DNA of 64,000 nt from Eledone cirrhosa (lineage: Eukaryota), in assembly GCA_964016885.1 (NCBI GenBank), contig CAXHJY010000818.1:124001-188000 (forward strand). Reading direction: 5' to 3'. The notes beneath the pieces were generated by a model. The model was not told where the DNA came from. It saw only the letters and a list, made by a program, of their open reading frames with translations, and did no database searches. Position numbers and translations under genes: made by a program. This document shows, piece after piece, positions 56,395 through 64,000 of the stretch. Position 1 is the stretch's first letter, and each line of letters starts with the position of its first letter.

Positions 56395-56709
56395 CACACA
56401 CATATATATACATATATATATATATACACACATATATATACATAAACATACATATATAAACATACATATATATATATATACACACACATATATACATAAA
56501 CATACATATATAAATAAACATACATATATATATATATATATACACATACATATATATATATACACATACATATATACACATACATATATATATATACACA
56601 TACATATATACACATACATATATATATATATACACATACATATATACACATACATATATATATATATACACATACATATATATATATACACATACATATA
56701 TATATATAT

Positions 56710-56740
<31 letters not shown>

Positions 56741-57704
56741 GTTACTTCTACAATGATACAATTTAAAGAACGTAACCCAAAATTATCTTTAATGGGCAGA
56801 TGAAGGAATTTTTGCTTCATTTTTCTTCCAGGTTTTCTTTGGTTTGTTTGTGTACGCCATTATTTCTCTGCAGATAACTGATGTATATACTTATATATAC
56901 CACTACAACACTGTCATTTAACATTTTCAAATCGGCAATTTAGGTTTGGTGTAGCTATAGTTACTGATTCACAAACAATATTATATAGAAACAAATATTA
57001 TATAGATAGTTAGTTGTATATATGTATGTATTGTATATATATATATATGTGTGTGTATATATGTATGTATGTATGTATATTGGGAGAGAGAGAGATAGTT
57101 ATATGTGTATATATGTATGTATATTGGGAGAGAGAGAGAGAGATAGTTGTATGTATGTATGTATATTGAGAGAGAGAGATAGTTGTATGTATGTATATAT
57201 ATGTGTGTATATTGGGAGAGAGAGAGATAGTTGTATGTATGTATATATATATGTGTGTATGTATATTGGGGGAGAGAGATAGTTTTATGTATGTATATAT
57301 GTATGTGTGTATATTGGGAGAGAGAGAGAGATAGTTGTATGTATGTGTATGTATGTATGTATGTATGTATGTATGTGTGTATATTGGGAGAGAGAGAGAT
57401 AGTTGTATGTATGTATGTATGTATGTATATATATGTGTGTATGTATGTGTGTATATTGGGAGAGAGAGAGAGATAGTTGTATGTATGTATATATATATAT
57501 GTGTGTATGTATGTATATTGGGGGAGAGAGAGATAGTTGTATGTATGTATGTATATATGTGTGTATGTATATGTGTGTGTATGTATGTATATAGGGAGAG
57601 AGAGAGATGTATGTGTGTATGTATGTAGAGAGAGGGAGGGAGGGAGAGAGAGATTTGCATGTACGTATTGTATATGTGTATATTGTGTGTGTGTGTGTGT
57701 GTGT

Positions 57705-57776
<72 letters not shown>

Positions 57777-58059
57777 AAACCAATAACTGAAATGTCAGTT
57801 GAAAACTGATAGAGGTTAATATTATGAAATGATAAAACAACAATAACTACCACTACCACTACTACTACTATTACTACTACCACCATTACTACTACTACTA
57901 CTACTACCACCACCACCACTATTACTACCACCACCACCACTGCCATTACATGTGAGGTGTGAGATTTCTGTTTATGAAGGATAAAAACAAATGTCACCAC
58001 CTGTACTTGCAATGTCAATTGGGAAGTAAAGTCTGTCACACTCACACATGCACTTGGAG

Positions 58060-58320
58060 CCATGGTGCCATGGTGCCACGGTGCCACAGTGCCAGGGTTC
58101 CATGGTGCCACGGTGCCACAGTGCCAGGGCTCCATGGTGCTACGGTGCCATGGTGCCACAGTGCCAGGGTTCCACAGTGCCACAGTTCCACAGTGCCACA
58201 GTGCCACAGTGCCAGGGTTCCACAGTGCCACAGTGCCAGGGTTCCACAGTGCCACAGTGACACAGTGCCACAGTGCCAGGGTTCCATGGTGCCACGTTGC
58301 CATGGTGCCACAGTGCCATG
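58060..58320. repeat. GTGCCACA/GTGCCAGGGTTCCA minisatellite
   Basis: Direct reading. Confidence 0.9.
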
Positions 58321-59499
58321 GGACTGAACCAATCCTATTAACCACACAGCCAACCCTACTACACCATATAATTAATGGCTTTTTATTTGAGAAGGACTGC
58401 AATTTGGCCAGAGGGGAACATTGATTAAATCAACACCACTCCAAAGAACCACCAACACCACCACCACCACCACCACCACTCCAAAGAACCACCAACACTA
58501 CCACCACTCCAAAGAACCACCACCAACACCACTCCAAAGAACCACCAACACCACCACCACCACTCCAAAGAACCACCAACACCACCACCACCACTCCAAA
58601 GAACCACCAACACCAACACCACTCCAAAGAACCATCACCACCACTCCAAAGAACCACCAACACCACCACCACCACCACTCCAAAGAACCACCACCACCAC
58701 CACTCTAAAGACAGACACACACACACACACACAGATATATACACACACACAGACAGACAGACAGACATAGATATACACACACACAGAGGCAGACAGTCAC
58801 ATACACAGAGATAGACACACACGCACACAAACCCCCTTCGTATGAAACCCTTAGCAAGTGTTTATTAAAAAGACAAGGCTTTAGTGTGGTGGGGTGAGGG
58901 GGTTAATGAGGGTGGTGGTGTAAGGTGGTGGGGTGGATGTAAGGTGTGTGTGTGTGTGGGGGGGTTCTTTTGAACATATTTCCATTTACCAACATCTGAG
59001 ACTTGTCACTTTTTTCTCTCTTGTAGAAATTCTTTTTCTTCATCAGTTTCATCATTCCAGCTTCTTTCTTTCTGTTTGTTTGTTTCTCTTTTTCTTTCTT
59101 CCTCATCTTTACCACAAAACACAACACCACCACATCACACACCACCACACTACACTACACCAACATACCACACACCACCTCCTCACTATCCTTCACTACA
59201 TTACACCACACCACACTACACCACACCACACCACACCACACCACACCACACCACACCACACTACACCACACCACCTCACTATACTTCACTACACCACACC
59301 ACACACCACCACATCACACTACTCTACACCACACACCACCACATCGCACTACACTACACCACACCACACACTACACTACACTACACTACACACCACCACA
59401 TCACATTGTTTCTATTATTTCCAACAAACATCTTTTTTCCACCACTGCCACCACCTCCACACAATTTATTCTATCTACAAGACTTTCTTGTAACTTAGT

Positions 59500-61042
59500 T
59501 GATGGTGGGATGGGGGGATGGTGGGATGGTGGTGGGATGGTGGGATGGGGAGATGGTGGGATGGGGAGATGGTGGGATGGTGGTGGGATGGTGGGATGGG
59601 GAGATGGTGGGATGGTGGGATGGGGAGATGGTGGGATGGTGGGATGGTGAGATGGTGGGATGGTGGGATGGGGAGGTGGTGGGATGGGGAGATGGTGGGA
59701 TGGGGAGATGGTGGGATGGTGGGATGGTGGGATGGGGAGATGGTGGGATGGTGGGATGGTGGGATGGTGGGATGGTGAGATGGTGGGATGGTGGTGGGAT
59801 GGGGAGATGGTGGGATGGTGGTGGGATGGGGAGATGGTGGGATGGTGGGATGGTGAGATGGTGGGATGGTGGGATGGTGAGATGGTGGGATGGTGGTGGG
59901 ATGGGGAGATGGTGGGATGGTGGGATGGTGAGATGGTGGGATGGTGGTGGGATGGGGAGATGGTGGGATGGTGGGATGGTGAGATGGTGGGATGGTGGGA
60001 TGGTGAGATGGTGGGATGGTGGTGGGATGGGGAGATGGTGGGATGGTGGGATGGTGGTGGGATGGGGAGATGGTGGGATGGTGGGATGGTGAGATGGTGG
60101 GATGGTGGTGGGATGGGGGGATGGTGAGATGGTGGGATGGTGGGATGGTGAGATGGTGGGATGGTGGTGGGATGGGGAGATGGTGGGATGGTGAGATGGT
60201 GGGATGGTGGGATGGTGAGATGGTGGGATGGTGGTGGGATGGGGAGATGGTGGGATGGTGAGATGGTGGGATGGTGGGATGGTGAGATGGTGGGATGGTG
60301 GTGGGATGGGGAGATGGTGGGATGGGGAGATGGTGGGATGGTGGGATGGTGAGATGGTGGGATGGTGGTGGGATGGGGGGATGGTGAGATGGTGGGATGG
60401 TGGGATGGTGGGATGGTGAGATGGTGGGATGGTGGTGGGATGGGGAGATGGTGGGATGGTGAGATGGTGGGATGGTGGGATGGTGAGATGGTGGGATGGT
60501 GGTGGGATGGGGAGATGGTGGGATGGTGAGATGGTGGGATGGTGAGATGGTGGGATGGTGGTGGGATGGGGAGATGGTGGGATGGTGAGATGGTGGGATG
60601 GTGGGATGGTGAGATGGTGGGATGGTGGTGGGATGGGGAGATGGTGGGATGGGGAGATGGTGGGATGGTGAGATGGTGGGATGGTGGTGGGATGGGGAGA
60701 TGGTGGGATGGTGAGATGGTGGGATGGTGGGATGGTGAGATGGTGGGATGGTGGTGGGATGGGGAGATGGTGGTGGGATGGGGAGATGGTGGGATGGTGA
60801 GATGGTGGGATGGTGGTGGGATGGGGAGATGGTGGTGGGATGGGGAGATGGTGGGATGGTGGGATGGTGGGATGGTGGGATGGTGGTGGGATGGGGAGAT
60901 GGGGGGATGGTGGGATGGTGGTGGGATGGGGAGATGGGGGGATGGTGGGATGGTGGTGGGATGGGGAGATGGGGGGATGGTGGGATGGTGGTGGGATGGG
61001 GAGATGGGGGGATGGTGGGATGGTGGGATGGTGGGATGGGGA
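59500..61042. repeat. (GATGGTGG/GATGGGGA)n G-rich octamer repeat, about 1.5 kb
   Basis: Direct reading. Confidence 0.96.
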
Positions 61043-61127
61043 GAACTGTAACAACCTAAACTGAAATAGCTTCGACAACACCTATCACGATCTCTCTCTG
61101 ACCACAGCAGTCAAATCTCTAGGTTCG

Positions 61128-61202
<75 letters not shown>

Positions 61203-61672
61203 ATATATACAAATAAATTATCGAGAATCGGAACCTCGGCCCACGAAATAACGAAACACAATCTTCGAAATGTGTGGCAAAGTGCTCAATAGTTTGAATA
61301 AACCAGAGCTATAACTAACGTTTAAATACCAACACACTGAGACGATGCTTAAACAATCATTTGCACAGCCGAAAACATGACCAAGAAAATTCGGGTCAGA
61401 CAAATAAAAATATATTATGAATGAAAAATTTACCCGGACCCCTGGAAAGATGGTAAATTCCAGCATTTGGGTTTCTGCGGCTCCTAAATCAGTTACCGTC
61501 AGCTTACATAAAAAATATCCGGCTTCTGGTAAGATGATGAACAAGGAAACCACTTATATATATATATTAACTATGGAGATATAAAAGAAACACCAACCCA
61601 AACCAAACAGTGAGTGTGCTCTGTTATTATTTCAGGCAATATTATAACAATATGACCCTCCCCAAGTATAAC

Positions 61673-61727
<55 letters not shown>

Positions 61728-61756
61728 ATAATAGATATAAAGACTAAAATCTGATG

Positions 61757-61788
<32 letters not shown>

Positions 61789-62156
61789 AAAAGTTTGGTA
61801 GAAATACCCAAGGGTAAGAGTTTAGTATAAATAATTACAACATATATATATATGTGAACTGGAGTGGACTACCACCTCCATGCACCTACCTCTAGTAGCA
61901 TATCAAAAACAAAAACACCACAACTTTGCACCTTTCTGAAGAAAACCCGTCAAAGGGTTATTATACAATCACTTTGATGTCTTTGAAATACGTATAACAG
62001 GATTATATAATAAACAGAGGATGTACATTTAAAACAGTCTCTCTTTTTTATAATATTGACACTCTGGTTGATATCTTATTGATAATACTTTAAGGAACAC
62101 AAGTCGTAGAGTGCTTTCTGTTTGTTTACATCTACAGTTGGGAGATTATTTGATCA

Positions 62157-62201
<45 letters not shown>

Positions 62202-62811
62202 AAGGGCTCGGTAGTAAGATATATAATGTAGTTATGTGTGGAGCATATTCCTCCTCAGTTCCAGTACCAATATTCCCTTTCTCTACAGAAACCCCTCACA
62301 ACACCCACCACCACCTCCCTTCCACCACCACACCACCACCTCCCTTCCACCACCACCATACCACCCCTCACACCACCACCACATCATAACACCTTTTATT
62401 TTCTTCTACCATGCCCTCCTCTCACACACTACTATCGCCATTATCAACAATATTCTTTACACAATTTCTTGCCCAACAAACAGACACACACACAAACACA
62501 TACACAGACACACACACAAACACATACATACACACATACACAGACACACACACAAACACACATTAAACACACTGTATCTCATTATTTATTTCCAGTTGCC
62601 TTCTTCCTTGTTCCCACCCCACCACCACCACCACCGCCACTACAGAATACTGACCCCTCCCCCCTCCCAGATCAGTGATCCTAATGATGGAATTTTACTG
62701 TTCCCAACATAAAGCATGTTAAACTGACAATATATATATATATATATATAATATATATATATAATATATATATATATATATAATATATATATAATATATA
62801 TATATATATAA

Positions 62812-62863
<52 letters not shown>

Positions 62864-63054
62864 TATAATATATATATATATATAATATATATATATATAT
62901 AATATATATATATATAATATATATATATATATATAATATATATATATATATATAATATATATATATATATAATATATATATATATATAATATATATATAT
63001 ATATAATATATATATATATATAATATATATATAATATATATATAATATATATAT

Positions 63055-63114
<60 letters not shown>

Positions 63115-63120
63115 CCATGC

Positions 63121-63170
63121 CCATTCCGAGCTGAGGATCCGCTAAGGTGAAACAATTGTTCTCGGTGTGG
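63121..63170 (+). ncRNA. Minimal type-I hammerhead ribozyme motif, solo, inside a (TA)n tract
   Basis: CCAUuCCGAG-CUGAGGA-uCC-GCUAA-GGu-GAAA-C-AAUU-G-UU^-CUCGGuGUGG; palindromic loop III; U.U at the base of stem II; cut after 63160. Confidence 0.8.
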
Positions 63171-63199
63171 TGAACTAACTGTTGTCTAACCACTTCTAC

Positions 63200-63252
<53 letters not shown>

Positions 63253-63257
63253 TATCA

Positions 63258-63635
63258 ACATCATCATCTTCTTCATTGTTTAACGTCTATCTTCCGTGCT
63301 AGCATGGGTTAGCTGGGAATTGTCCCCTTGAGGCAAGATTGGTCAGGTGACCGTGTCTCGCTCGTATAGGACTATATATATATACATTATATATACACAC
63401 ATACATACATACATACACATGTTGTCATATCTATATATTTCATTCAGTCCCTCTCTCTCTGTGGGGGTTGGTGTTAGGAAGGGCATCCAGCTTTGGAAAC
63501 TTAGCCAAAAACAGTCCTGTATGAGCAAGACACGGTCACCTGATCTGACTTACCTCTAATGGGACAATTACCGTCTAACCCATGCTAGCGTGGAAAATGG
63601 ACGTTAAACATTGATGATGATGATGATGATGATGA
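63258..63635. mobile_element. Two RTE-tailed SINE-like copies in inverted orientation (63258-63374 minus, 63464-63635 plus)
   Basis: GCTAGCATGGGTTAG...GGTGACCGTGTCT vs AGACACGGTCACC...CTAACCCATGCTAGC; outward-facing (TGA)n tails. Confidence 0.85.
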
Positions 63636-64000
63636 TAGTGAAATAAAACACACTCAGTACAGTGTAAAGTGGGGGGGGGGTGATAGGGAGGGCATCCTGC
63701 CATAGAATACTTGCCAAGTAAAGGGAGGGGAATCCTGAGGTGTGTCAAAGACATGACAACCTGTTTAGTGTTGGTGCAACAACAACAACAACAACAACAA
63801 CAACGTATGGTGCAGGAATGGATGTAAACATGATGTGATAGCCCCCTACCTCACCTCCATTCCATCCCTCTACCCCCCCCCCCCCCGTCTGAGAGATCAA
63901 TTGATTTGATTAAGTATTGATTTGGTCAGGAGGGAAAAACAATGTTAAATTACAGTGCTAATATATACATATACATATATATATATATATATATACATAT

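Overview
Eukaryotic, AT-rich, microsatellite-saturated DNA. The SINE/LINE repertoire and repeat style suggest a cephalopod, most likely Octopus (inference, not verified). The window appears to lie inside one large minus-strand gene, a RYK/Derailed-family Wnt receptor. Three WIF-domain exons (41264-41391, 30109-30208, 13903-14037, ending in KRRK), the transmembrane exon (6788-6953) and a probable proline-rich juxtamembrane exon (2844-3035) have canonical AG/GT sites and compatible phases. Exon 1 and the kinase exons were not found in the window. The introns hold RTE and CR1 LINE fragments, tRNA-derived SINEs, two TTAA/CCC piggyBac-type MITE families (nested twice) and many minisatellites, several traceable to MITE ends or to an exon end. 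The most striking signal is a set of minimal type-I hammerhead ribozyme (HHR) motifs of the Penelope/retrozyme kind. Four sit as mirror pairs in long near-perfect palindromes (35423-35717, 39598-39868), two more are solo (35901-35990, 63121-63170), and there is a 38-bp satellite with a hammerhead-like layout. Almost all ORFs in the supplied track are simple-repeat artefacts.
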